Assembly (NCBI GenBank): GCA_041859475.1 | Contig: JBHEKO010000113.1 | Coordinates: forward strand, 11,212 to 75,211 | DNA from: Candidatus Hydrogenedentales bacterium | GTDB lineage: Bacteria > Hydrogenedentota > Hydrogenedentia > Hydrogenedentales > SLHB01 | Direction of reading: 5' to 3' | DNA length: 64,000 nt | Shown: in pieces, positions 1-8,597 of the stretch | Numbering within the stretch: the stretch's first letter is position 1 | Layout: each line of letters opens with the position of its first letter | Program-made: the position numbers and the translations under genes | Notes under the pieces: generated by a model | The model's database searches: none | Told to the model about the DNA's origin: nothing | The model's input: the letters and a program-made list of their open reading frames with translations, nothing else

Positions 1-327
1 GCCATAGAACCGGACGCGCGCGCGGACGCTGTCCCCGCCGCCCCCCGTCGCCCGGCAATCGATCAAAAACGGACGCGGCACACGCACGTCCCCGTCCAGC
101 GGTTGCTTGAACGCCTCCGCGAATGCCGGGTCCTGCGGCCCGCCCAGGCCATGCCCCAACAACCCCCGCAACACCGCGATGGGCTGTTCCGGCAACTCCG
201 GCGCCCAACGCGCCAACGCCAACGTCAGCCGCGCCCCCACTACAGGTAAATCAACGTCAAACAATGCCGTGCCCCCCGGCGATTCGCTGCGACTGCTAAA
301 TGTAATGCCGATTGATAAACCGGATGT

Positions 328-585
328 GTTTCAATGCCGTGCTACCCGGCGTTCCTTATCCATTTCTTTGTAGCGCCCGGCCTCCGTGCCGGGCGTCTTC
401 ACAACAGCCCCGTGCTACCCGGCGCGGTCCCAACACTAGGGTCTGGTTATGTCTATGCGTTCATTGTGGATGCAGTTTCAATGCCGTGCTACCCGGCGCG
501 GTCCCAACACAGGTCTTCCGGTCCTCAAGCATCTGCTGAAATCAGGCTAGTTTCAATGCCGTGCTACCCGGCGCGGTCCCAACAC
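328..585 (-). CRISPR. CRISPR array 1. It has 2 intact 36-nt repeats (475-510, 550-585) plus leader-distal degenerate or truncated copies (328-351, about 407-436). Spacers at 437-474 (38 nt) and 511-549 (39 nt).
   Basis: The direct repeat is GTTTCAATGCCGTGCTACCCGGCGCGGTCCCAACAC on the plus strand. Its minus-strand reading ends in ATTGAAAC, the canonical 8-nt crRNA 5' handle. It lies next to cas2 and RT-cas1. Repeat degeneracy is at the low-coordinate end, opposite the leader. Confidence 0.85.
373..396. other. Perfect 8-bp GC-rich stem (CGCCCGGC / GCCGGGCG, 374-381 with 388-395) and 6-nt loop, inside the 55-bp insert between two truncated repeats
   Basis: Read directly from the sequence. No U-tract follows on either strand. 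Confidence 0.4.
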
Positions 586-768
586 GACCCCTCTTGGGGG
601 CCCTTGTGGCGTAAGGAGTTAGCAAGTGTAAAACGCTTACGACCGTCAAGAGTTTCATTTACGTCCCTATTTTGCCCTATATCCCTGCGTAAGTCAAGTC
701 CTATCAATGGGTGCTAGCGACCGTTCCGTATTGGAGCGTTTTCGGGCTTTCTGAACGCCTCCGATGCT
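586..768 (-). promoter_or_regulatory. CRISPR leader 1. About 155 bp (587-740) are about 95% identical to 3149-3300.
   Basis: A conserved non-coding block lies immediately on the leader-proximal side of both arrays. It is relatively AT-rich. In the minus-strand sense it contains a conserved TTGACT -35-like hexamer, present in both copies. Confidence 0.55.
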
Positions 769-1053
769 TCATACGATATAGTATCCTCGTGTTGTCTGAA
801 TTAGCGTGTTGCCCTCGGTTTCGCATTGCTCGCGGCAGGTGGCGCATGCCGTGTACAGACGCAGGGAATCCTCGCCCTCTTTCATCTCTGCAGTGACGGC
901 TTCGCGCATCTGTTCCAGCGAGGCCTCGGTCACCCAGCATTCGAACACGCTCTTTTGGACGCGTACGCCGAAGCGCTCCATCACGCGCGCCACGCGCCGC
1001 AGCCGACGGGCGTCACGCACATCGTAACACGCAATCCAGAAGCGTTGCTCCAT
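769..1053 (-). CDS. cas2: CRISPR-associated endoribonuclease Cas2
   Basis: 94 aa. The N-terminus is MEQRFWIACYDVRDARRLRRVARVMERFGVRVQKSVFEC, the typical Cas2 pattern (YDV..R.R.....G.R.Q.SVF.C). It sits 6 nt downstream of cas1. Confidence 0.85.
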   Translation of the reverse strand: MEQRFWIACYDVRDARRLRRVARVMERFGVRVQKSVFECWVTEASLEQMREAVTAEMKEGEDSLRLYTACATCREQCETEGNTLIQTTRGYYIV

Positions 1054-1058
1054 GGGTT

Positions 1059-2980
1059 CTACTTTCGCGCAAAGGGAACGTAGGCGTCAACAGCCCCTTG
1101 GACAAATCGGCGGAAGCGCAAGGTCTGGAGGTCGAGCACGCGCCGCCAGTCCACCTCATGTTCGACGTCGGGATGATGGAGGAGTTCGGCCAGTTTGTCT
1201 TCGAAGGCCTCGATGAAACGGTGGCGTGCCTCGTCCTTCATCAGGCACGGTTGCGGCGTGCCCGGCGCGAGGTAGAAATCGCCCTCTTCAAACGCGCCGC
1301 GGTTGGCGACGTTGAGTACGAGGGCGTCAACCACCAGCGCGCGGAATTCCTCGAGCAGGTCGGAGACCAGGGCTTGGTGGCCGGAACGGGTCTCGTGAAA
1401 GAGCCCCACCGCTGGGTCCAGCCCGCGCGCGAGAACGTACCCGTGGATGTTGTGATAGAGCATGGTGTAGCCGAAACTCAGCAAGCTGTTGATGGGGTCG
1501 AGCGGGGGATGGCGATTGCGGTGGTTGAAGGCGAGTCCGTTCCGGAAGCAGAGGGCGTAGCCTTCGAAGTACGCTGCCGCCGCACTGCCCTCGATGCCGC
1601 GGAGAGTGTCGTCGTCCGAACAATCGTGGACGCGCGCGTGCAGCGCTTCGATGCGTTCAAGGACATCGGCCAACGCGACTTCCGGGTGGTTTCGGTGGTG
1701 GTGTGACAGAAACTGGTGGGAATTGCGCAGTTTGCGTCGACGATGGCCTTGGCGGTACCGAGGCGTTTTTGTTCATCGTCGGCCAGCCGGTACTGTTGCC
1801 GACGCACCATCGGCGCGCCATCGTCGTCCTGTAGCTGATGGAGCAAGCCGTAGTAACTGCCGCGCCCCGAAAATAGATGTATCGGAATGCCCTTGCGCAG
1901 GCAAAACCCCATGACGCCGGACGTGAGGTGCACCCGTCCGAAGGTGAAGATTTGGTCGATGTGGTGCGCGGGCAAATCAATAAGCGTGGTCCCGTCGCGG
2001 CTGACCACGAGTCGGCCCCCGTGACACGCGAGGATGCTGCCCTGTTGCTGGATATAGAGCGTGCGGAGCAAGGTGTAGGGGAGGCCTTGCGAAGGTGGAC
2101 GGTGGGGCGGGGGATGCGGCGGTCTGTAGTCGGCCTCGTAAGGGTGCGGCGCGTCGTAAATCAGTTCCGTGCCGATAAGCGTGGCCCCGAGGAACGGGAA
2201 TCCCGCATCGAAGGTCGAGACTGAGGTCTTGTCCGCCGCCAGACGCAGGCCTAGCGATGCAAGCGCGCGCTCGGCCTCGCCCCGGGCCTTCTGCGCGGTA
2301 GCGTCGTCGACACAGCATACAACGAAATCGTCCGCATACCGCACGAGTTTCCACCCGGCCTCGACCATCGACCGGTCGAACGGGGTCAGATACAGGTTGG
2401 CCAGCAGCGGCGATATCGGAAGGCCCTGGGGCAGCCCTTCGGTCAGCGAGATCAGGCGATCGCGATCGGCCAGCGGGGCGCTCAACCAAAGCCGGATGAG
2501 GTTCAAAACATCACGCGGCGCATGGGCCGCTTCGAGCATGGCGAACAAAGGCGCGTGCTGGACGGTATCGAAAAAACGCTCGACGTCTGCGCGAAGTGCA
2601 TGGGCAAACCCACGGTCGCGGTATGAACAGACCATCGCGAGGGCATCGCGCACGCCGACTCCGGCGCGGTAAGCAAATGAACAGGGATGCAGGAGCGGCG
2701 CGATCAGCGCTTGAAGCAGCATCGTCACCGCCGTCATGGCCACACGGTCGCGGACTGTTGCGATGACCAGCCGACGTTGTCCGCCGCTTTCCTTGGGGAC
2801 GTATACCACGCGATAGGCCTGCGGACGATAGGTGTTGGAAGCGAGGTCGTTGTAGAGCGCGTCAAGATTGGCTGAAAGGTCGCACTCGAACGTCCGCGGG
2901 CTTATACCATCCAACCCCGGCGCTTCGCCCCCTGTCCGCGCATGTTCCCACGCCTCCTCCAAGAGACTTCGGTCGAACAT
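1059..2980 (-). CDS. cas1: Reverse transcriptase-Cas1 fusion (RT-Cas1). It is split over two reading frames by an apparent -1 frameshift at a TTT homopolymer around 1731-1733.
   Basis: The N-terminal about 300 aa carry group-II-intron-like RT motifs (RVVYVPKESGGQRRL, PQGLPISPLLANLYL, VRYADDFVV). Downstream come Cas1 motifs (LYIQQQGSILACHGGRLVV ... AKAIVDA). These continue in the -1 frame as KLRNSHQFL...ADVLERIEALH...LLSFGYTMLYH to the stop at 1059. One extra A (plus-strand T) would restore the frame. Confidence 0.8.
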
Positions 2981-3035
2981 TTGTCCCCGCGCCTCCCCTC
3001 ATCCGTAGAAGAAAAACGCAAACACCTTTTGCCCC

Positions 3036-3147
3036 CAAAACATGGCGTGCTACCCGGCGCGGTCCCAACACGGGTGATGTTGGCGGCATGACCTATGGCC
3101 GCACTATCGAAGTTTCAATGCCGTGCTACCCGGCGCGGTCCCAACAC
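3036..3147 (-). CRISPR. CRISPR array 2. It has one intact repeat (3112-3147), one degenerate leader-distal repeat (3036-3071, 29/36 identity) and a single 40-nt spacer (3072-3111).
   Basis: Same repeat as array 1, same polarity, same degeneracy pattern. It lies immediately upstream (minus-strand sense) of the RT-cas1 start. Confidence 0.8.
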
Positions 3148-3300
3148 TCCCCCTCTTGGGGGTCCTTGCGGCGTAAGGAGTTAGCAAGTGTAAAACGCTT
3201 ACGACCGTCAAGAGTTTCATTTACGTCCCTATTTTGCCCCATATCCCTGCGTAAGTCAAGGCCTATCAAGGGGTGCTAGCGACCGTTCCGTATTGGAGCA
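3148..3300 (-). promoter_or_regulatory. CRISPR leader 2 (paralogous copy of leader 1)
   Basis: 3149-3300 align with 587-740 with about 7 mismatches. It occupies the same position relative to the first repeat. Confidence 0.55.
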
Positions 3301-3474
3301 GATTGACCAATCCCAGGGTTTCAGCGGCGGCGAGAATTGGCCCATCTGAAACCTCTTTTGGTACGTCGCAAGGATGAAGATCAGAACCGCCCCATCTCCG
3401 AACTCGCTAGACTACCTACTTAGGCAAACTTTGGGAATATATGAGGGTAAAAGCCGAAAAGTTGACCCAACCAA

Positions 3475-4392
3475 CTAAAATTCCTCATTGTAACCTAGTT
3501 GCTTCGCTTCTTCTCGAACAGCGTGCATTATGGCGTGGATATCGCGGGAAGTTAGCTCCGCTCTCCACTTGATGTCCTCGCGAATGCTTTCAATACGCGC
3601 TAGGCGCATGCGATTGCCCACGATATGCTCCTCGCGGATAGGGTTACATAACATGGTTTCCTGATAGGGAACGCCGATGAATGCGCAGGCGTCACTCAAA
3701 GTCTTAGCGACATCGGCACACAGGTCCTCGTAGCGTATGCGTAGGACCTGCTCTCGTGACAAGGCGCGAACGTGTTCAAGACTATCCCTATAGTTAGCCC
3801 GCCAAGCGATGGCGCTGAATAGCGGGGTGTGCCCGTGGTAGGACCTTGACGATAGCGCGCACGCTGCGGGATGTCGCACTAAGTGAATAACCTTAAGCGA
3901 CACGCCCCCAAGATTCCTGAGCGCGAAAAGCTGAACAGGCAGTTTTGAGGAATCGACAAGAATGGATGTCTTCAAAATATCGCAGGCAGCGCCAATGAAA
4001 CGGTGATACGTCTCCTGAACGCGAGTAAGATGTGTGGCACATGGGCTAATGAAGGCCCGCGCGATCGATTGGACGCGCACGAACGCATCGGACGACCGAG
4101 GGCGAAACCAAATTCGCTGCGCCAACGTAGGTGGCTGTTGAAGAACTCTGGTATTCCAAGTGTTGTGGGCAAGCGAAAAGTGGGAGCTACAGATGCGGTG
4201 TTCAATTGCGTTGTAAAACGGACACTGACGAATGGGCTCGCCGCAGGAACAATCGAAAGGGCGGCCTTGAGCAAAGCGTGGTGGCCCGACAATCTCTCCC
4301 GTCGTGGCGATTTGCGAGTGATTCGACAACAACCTAGCCAGAAGAGTTGAGCCCGAATAGCTAAATCCTAGAATATAGACTAGTGTTGCCAT
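3475..4392 (-). CDS. Sulfotransferase family protein
   Basis: 305 aa. The N-terminal P-loop-like PAPS-binding motif is ILGFSYSGSTLL (compare PKSGTT of sulfotransferases). Size and architecture fit cytosolic/Stf-type sulfotransferases. Confidence 0.55.
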   Translation of the reverse strand: MATLVYILGFSYSGSTLLARLLSNHSQIATTGEIVGPPRFAQGRPFDCSCGEPIRQCPFYNAIEHRICSSHFSLAHNTWNTRVLQQPPTLAQRIWFRPRSSDAFVRVQSIARAFISPCATHLTRVQETYHRFIGAACDILKTSILVDSSKLPVQLFALRNLGGVSLKVIHLVRHPAACALSSRSYHGHTPLFSAIAWRANYRDSLEHVRALSREQVLRIRYEDLCADVAKTLSDACAFIGVPYQETMLCNPIREEHIVGNRMRLARIESIREDIKWRAELTSRDIHAIMHAVREEAKQLGYNEEF

Positions 4393-4472
4393 GCGCGTCT
4401 CTCTTGATGCCTAACATAATAGGGGGCAGTGCAGTACCTATAAATTATGGTCTGGAAAGCGCTCTGGCGGTT

Positions 4473-6734
4473 CTATTTTGCAGGCAACATCGGAGGAAAT
4501 TCCTTTACCTGGATGCGGCTTACGGAAATGCTTTCTCCCTCGGTAAGGTTCTTCGCGCTGATCAAGAGTTCCAATGACTCAATTTGAGCAGAAGAAAAGG
4601 CATCGCGGATGTGCAGCGCTTCCGTGTTGAGTGTGCCGCAAATCAGATCGCCGTCTTGCGATTTTATGAAAATTGATCTTTGAGTTCTCTGAAGAGGAAC
4701 TGTGACTTTGCGTTGCATTACCACATTACCATTTTTACTTATTGAAATATCTGTCATAGTCGCACTATCGATAGAAAACGCATATTCTGCCGACGCACCA
4801 TTCCCACTGGACCTGAGGCGAAGCTCAAGACGCGAATCGTCAGGAAGTGCTAGCAGCCGTTCGGGAGGCAAATCCCACGCAACGTTCGCCTGCTCTACTA
4901 CCTTCGGCGCATTCTTTCCAGATTGTTCCTGAATATCGACTGTTACGCAAAACTGGCTGGGAAGCCTTTTTTTGTATTTTATTGTCGATTCACCCCCTTT
5001 GACGGCGTGGAGCTCCAATGCTTCAGGATGGTACGCAAACGAGTGCTCGCCACTTACTTGTGCCCAATGACTGAAAAGACGGACAGCCCGGTCCGGTTCG
5101 AAAAGGTAATCTCCATCAAGAACAGATCTATCCTGCCACATCTCAGCGTTCGAGAAACATCCCGCTCCCCCATTACCAGCGAATAGGCCTTGTCCAAGCC
5201 CCTGCTGCCTCCATGCCTCGTTACGAAACGATATCGAAGGTCTGTCATCGACGCGAAAGGAGACTGTCCCTGGATGCGCAGTCAACTGCAATCTGTGCCA
5301 TTGTTCGATGTCAATTTCCTCGCTGGACGCGCCCCAAAGCTCGATGGCCTGTCCTGCGCGAACATCGACTATTCGAATGCGAGCCTGCGATGACGTTGGG
5401 GCGGACCTTGTCAAGACAAGAGCGCTGTAGTTCATGTCGTCGGCCACGGCAAATGCTAATCCGATATCCCCTGTGTTGCCGAGGAAACGAACGTCGCTTG
5501 ACAATACACTGTACTCCCCAATAGACCACGGGCATTTGAGAAGCCCCGTCGATTCCGCAGCTCCAAAGTAAAATGAGTTCGCCACGGGAGAATCGTCAAG
5601 CCTGGCGACTCGCCACTTTCCAGAAGCGGCATTCCACTGGCCCGTTTCCCGGTCAAGCAAGTCTCTGTGGTAGAGGAAGCCACTAATTGCTAGATTTCTG
5701 AATATAGGTCGTTTAGTATGAGATGAGACAACTGAAATGGAACCGTGAAGGTATTGACCATCGGATGTGCTCACGACGGAACTACCATCCCAGTAAACGT
5801 CGATATGTTCCCCCATTCTCCGTATTCCCAGACCGTGCCAATCGTCGCTGCCAGTGACTCGAGCCAAGGAGATTTCCTTCAGCAGTTCGGTTTTCCCGTC
5901 TGTCTCTGTTCGTACAAGACGAAGCACATGTGTGCCCTCGTTGCCAGGGTGTACCTCAACACGATGTGCCCCTTTTCCTTTTTGAATATCGAATTCCATT
6001 CCCACGAAGGAGTCCAAGTCCTTTGCTGTACACGGAGGGGCTTTGAAAGCGAGATCGGCGAAAAAACTCTGTCCCTTGTCGTCACACAATGGGTACACAA
6101 AAAGACCATCGTCACGCTTTATCCACCCTTCAGCTTCATCCACCAGAGAAACAGAGAGCAGCGTGGGAGTATAGCCAGGAGGCGAATATTGCGTGTGTGT
6201 CGTAAGAACAGCTTCGTCCAAGGCGGCCAAGTGGCCATCCTCGATTAGGCGCAAAAACTGATGCCCAGGCTCGTACGTATAGGTACCCACTTTGATCCAA
6301 TGCCAAACTCCGGGACTTTCCATAGAACTAATAACGCCATCCGACACAGGGCTTTCGGTCAAGCTCCTGTCGGAACCAGCAGTACTAGTCTGATACCGGA
6401 TTGCCCGTGCGCAAACGCAATGCCATTGCACTCGAACCCATACCGCGTAGGTGGCTCTTTCAGGAATATCAAAGCCAACCTCTATCATACCCCGTGGGGA
6501 TGCAACATCATCCACCCCGCCTTTCCCTGCTGCAGACGTCCGACTTCCCAATACAACGCAACCATCTCCTTGTGCGCCGTCTAAGAGACACACCTTGACA
6601 GGGGAAACGTAATCTTGAAATTTCTCCAATTCGAGAACCATTTGATCGGATGTCTTTATGGCTGCGGAGTTTACTGTGGTAGTCAAGAGTAGAATTGGCC
6701 ATGCGCATAGACGGCCTACAAATGAAAACCTCAT
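4473..6734 (-). CDS. Large secreted protein, function unknown. It shares a jelly-roll/CBM-like module with the product of 21975-23105.
   Basis: 753 aa. N-terminal signal peptide MRFSFVGRLCAWPILLLTTTVNSAA. The WHWIKVGTYTYEPGH and GNGGAGCFSN motifs are paralogous to WHWVKGQTVNLHKG and ANGGGVYFDN in the other protein. Confidence 0.45.
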   Translation of the reverse strand: MRFSFVGRLCAWPILLLTTTVNSAAIKTSDQMVLELEKFQDYVSPVKVCLLDGAQGDGCVVLGSRTSAAGKGGVDDVASPRGMIEVGFDIPERATYAVWVRVQWHCVCARAIRYQTSTAGSDRSLTESPVSDGVISSMESPGVWHWIKVGTYTYEPGHQFLRLIEDGHLAALDEAVLTTHTQYSPPGYTPTLLSVSLVDEAEGWIKRDDGLFVYPLCDDKGQSFFADLAFKAPPCTAKDLDSFVGMEFDIQKGKGAHRVEVHPGNEGTHVLRLVRTETDGKTELLKEISLARVTGSDDWHGLGIRRMGEHIDVYWDGSSVVSTSDGQYLHGSISVVSSHTKRPIFRNLAISGFLYHRDLLDRETGQWNAASGKWRVARLDDSPVANSFYFGAAESTGLLKCPWSIGEYSVLSSDVRFLGNTGDIGLAFAVADDMNYSALVLTRSAPTSSQARIRIVDVRAGQAIELWGASSEEIDIEQWHRLQLTAHPGTVSFRVDDRPSISFRNEAWRQQGLGQGLFAGNGGAGCFSNAEMWQDRSVLDGDYLFEPDRAVRLFSHWAQVSGEHSFAYHPEALELHAVKGGESTIKYKKRLPSQFCVTVDIQEQSGKNAPKVVEQANVAWDLPPERLLALPDDSRLELRLRSSGNGASAEYAFSIDSATMTDISISKNGNVVMQRKVTVPLQRTQRSIFIKSQDGDLICGTLNTEALHIRDAFSSAQIESLELLISAKNLTEGESISVSRIQVKEFPPMLPAK

Positions 6735-8575
6735 TTCGCCGTTGTCTCCAAGATTTTCTCGAGACGCTTAATCATGGATTGTGCCTCACTAACATATGCG
6801 CTCTCCGGAAAGCGTTCCGTAAGTTCTTGCAGTAAATTGCGCGCTGCGGGATACTGTTGCTGGGCCAACCTGTTATTCGCTAGCCAATATAAAGCCCGAG
6901 GAGCCACATCGTCTATTTGGTTCGCAATATCCCGCATGTCCGCTTCCGCCTGCTCGGTATCTCCTAGGGCCGACTCGCAAAGCGCGCAGAGGAATTTAGC
7001 CCTAACTTTGAAAGTCGCGCTCTCACTCTGTCCGGTAAGGAAAGGCTGAAGTGTAACATAGGCTTTTTCGTAGCTCTCGTTCTTGTAGAGAAGAAGCGCC
7101 AACGCGAAACGCCCTTTCTGCGCTTCTGGCGTGTCAGAGTACTCGTCAAGCAGACGCTGATACCGCTCTTCAGCCTTGGTCGGGGTCTGTAAAACAGAAG
7201 CCTCGTACTCTGCAGCCGCCAAAAGCATCCGCGGGCGCGCGAAGGAACTAGGACACATTTCGATAAATTGATCGTAGACTTGGATGGCTTTCTTTGACTC
7301 AGCCTTGCTTTTCAAGGCCATGGCATAAGTCTCCGATAATTCCGCAAAATGCTCCGTGATCGCACTGTCGCTTCTCACCGCACTTTGCGCCAAAAAGTAG
7401 GTAGGGGCTGTCAACGCCAGTGCCAGTTCATCTCGGGCCAAGGTTTCCGCCGGGGGAAGTCCAAGTAACTCCGCTTGCGCATTCGGATTTGTGCCAGCAG
7501 CGCCTAAAATGCGTGCAACTCGCTTTAGAGCGACGTCGGCATACCGGATTTCTCTTGAGGTAGGCATACCCGCCGTTTCTTTGGGGAGAGAGGCTAAGCT
7601 GTTTGCCTGCGTTCCCAAAGCCCTCAACAAATCCAAAGTACGCTCACGCGGCGTTTGAGAGTCGCAAAGAGCAAGTAATCGGACTAAGAAACTAATGGTT
7701 TCGTTGGATGCAGAGAGCGTTTCCAGGGTTATCTTAGAAGAGATGGCATCCAAACTGGGTGCAAGAGCGAAGTAAACCGAAGCGTATGCGTTTGCCCCTT
7801 CTTTTGGGAATGTGTCAGCGGTGGCGCAACCTCGCGCCAGATACTCTCGCATGTCATTTGCTACAACGGCTAGAAGGTCTGGAGAGTCCTTATAGACGTC
7901 TACCATCTCTTTCTCCAGCGAGAAACCGGCGTTAGCGAGAATCCGAAGCGACAGAATGCACACACCGGGAACTCTAAGAAACTCTGGGTAGTCCGCACAC
8001 ATGCTGAGGATATCCAGCGCCGCCGCCTTAGGGTCTCCGTTTGATTCACAGTGCTCGGCTCTCCGAAGAAGGGCCAGACGTCTTGATTTACCTTTTGTCT
8101 GAGACGCGATAATTTCCTCGCAACGGCTGGTAAACGCGGAAGCGTCTTCGCGCGCTAACGCCGTCAGACTTCGATCTAAGGCTGCAAGCGCCGCCTTCGA
8201 GTCGAGAGCCCGGGCCTGCAACATCACGACAAGCCCCGCTGCACGGTTCGGCGATTCCTCTGCATACTTGGTGTAAAGAAGGTCGAAAAGACAAATTCCA
8301 GCATCGTCATTTGCGACAAGAAGCAGCAAGTCCTCAGGACCGGCCTCTTTTTCAAGAACACTGTCATGTTTCCCAGACTCGATGAGACGATCCAGAATGC
8401 GGTCTGGATCGGGCGACTTCGAGAGCGCCGCCCACTCTTCTTTGTTCTTTTCTAACCAAGCAGTACGGCGATCTGTTTCTGATAGCTTCGTCTCGGGCTC
8501 GTTTTCTCTGTTCGAGCACGCTGTGAGGAGCATTAGCAAACAGATCGCATGGCAAAGAAGATTCCTTGTGCTCAT
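6731..8575 (-). CDS. TPR-repeat lipoprotein
   Basis: Lipobox LLTAC follows a hydrophobic N-terminus. There are multiple TPR-like helical repeats (for example YKNESYEKAYVTLQPFL, ALYWLANNRLAQQQYPAARNLLQEL). The start is placed at the MSTRNLL methionine. Confidence 0.5.
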   Translation of the reverse strand: MSTRNLLCHAICLLMLLTACSNRENEPETKLSETDRRTAWLEKNKEEWAALSKSPDPDRILDRLIESGKHDSVLEKEAGPEDLLLLVANDDAGICLFDLLYTKYAEESPNRAAGLVVMLQARALDSKAALAALDRSLTALAREDASAFTSRCEEIIASQTKGKSRRLALLRRAEHCESNGDPKAAALDILSMCADYPEFLRVPGVCILSLRILANAGFSLEKEMVDVYKDSPDLLAVVANDMREYLARGCATADTFPKEGANAYASVYFALAPSLDAISSKITLETLSASNETISFLVRLLALCDSQTPRERTLDLLRALGTQANSLASLPKETAGMPTSREIRYADVALKRVARILGAAGTNPNAQAELLGLPPAETLARDELALALTAPTYFLAQSAVRSDSAITEHFAELSETYAMALKSKAESKKAIQVYDQFIEMCPSSFARPRMLLAAAEYEASVLQTPTKAEERYQRLLDEYSDTPEAQKGRFALALLLYKNESYEKAYVTLQPFLTGQSESATFKVRAKFLCALCESALGDTEQAEADMRDIANQIDDVAPRALYWLANNRLAQQQYPAARNLLQELTERFPESAYVSEAQSMIKRLEKILETTAK

Positions 8576-8597
8576 TTTTCGCTCCGGCGTCAGCAAA

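Noticed and set aside
107-717. Plus-strand ORFs 107-373, 312-539 and 334-717 (88-127 aa)
   Set aside because: They run through the CRISPR repeats, spacers and leader. They arise from repeat periodicity and high GC, and have no protein-like composition.
586-740. The conserved 150-bp element as a tracrRNA or other ncRNA gene
   Set aside because: RT-Cas1 and the AUUGAAAC-ending repeat indicate a Cas6-processed (type III/I-like) system, which has no tracrRNA. The element has no anti-repeat complementarity. It sits at the leader end of both arrays, so leader is the simpler explanation.
1098-2224. Plus-strand ORFs 1098-1706, 1594-1914 and 1877-2224
   Set aside because: They are antisense to the RT-cas1 coding sequence, have GC-driven open frames and carry no motifs.
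3088-3279. 63-aa ORF across array 2 and leader 2
   Set aside because: It consists of repeat plus leader sequence. It is nearly identical to the leader-1 ORF tail only because the DNA is duplicated. It is non-coding.
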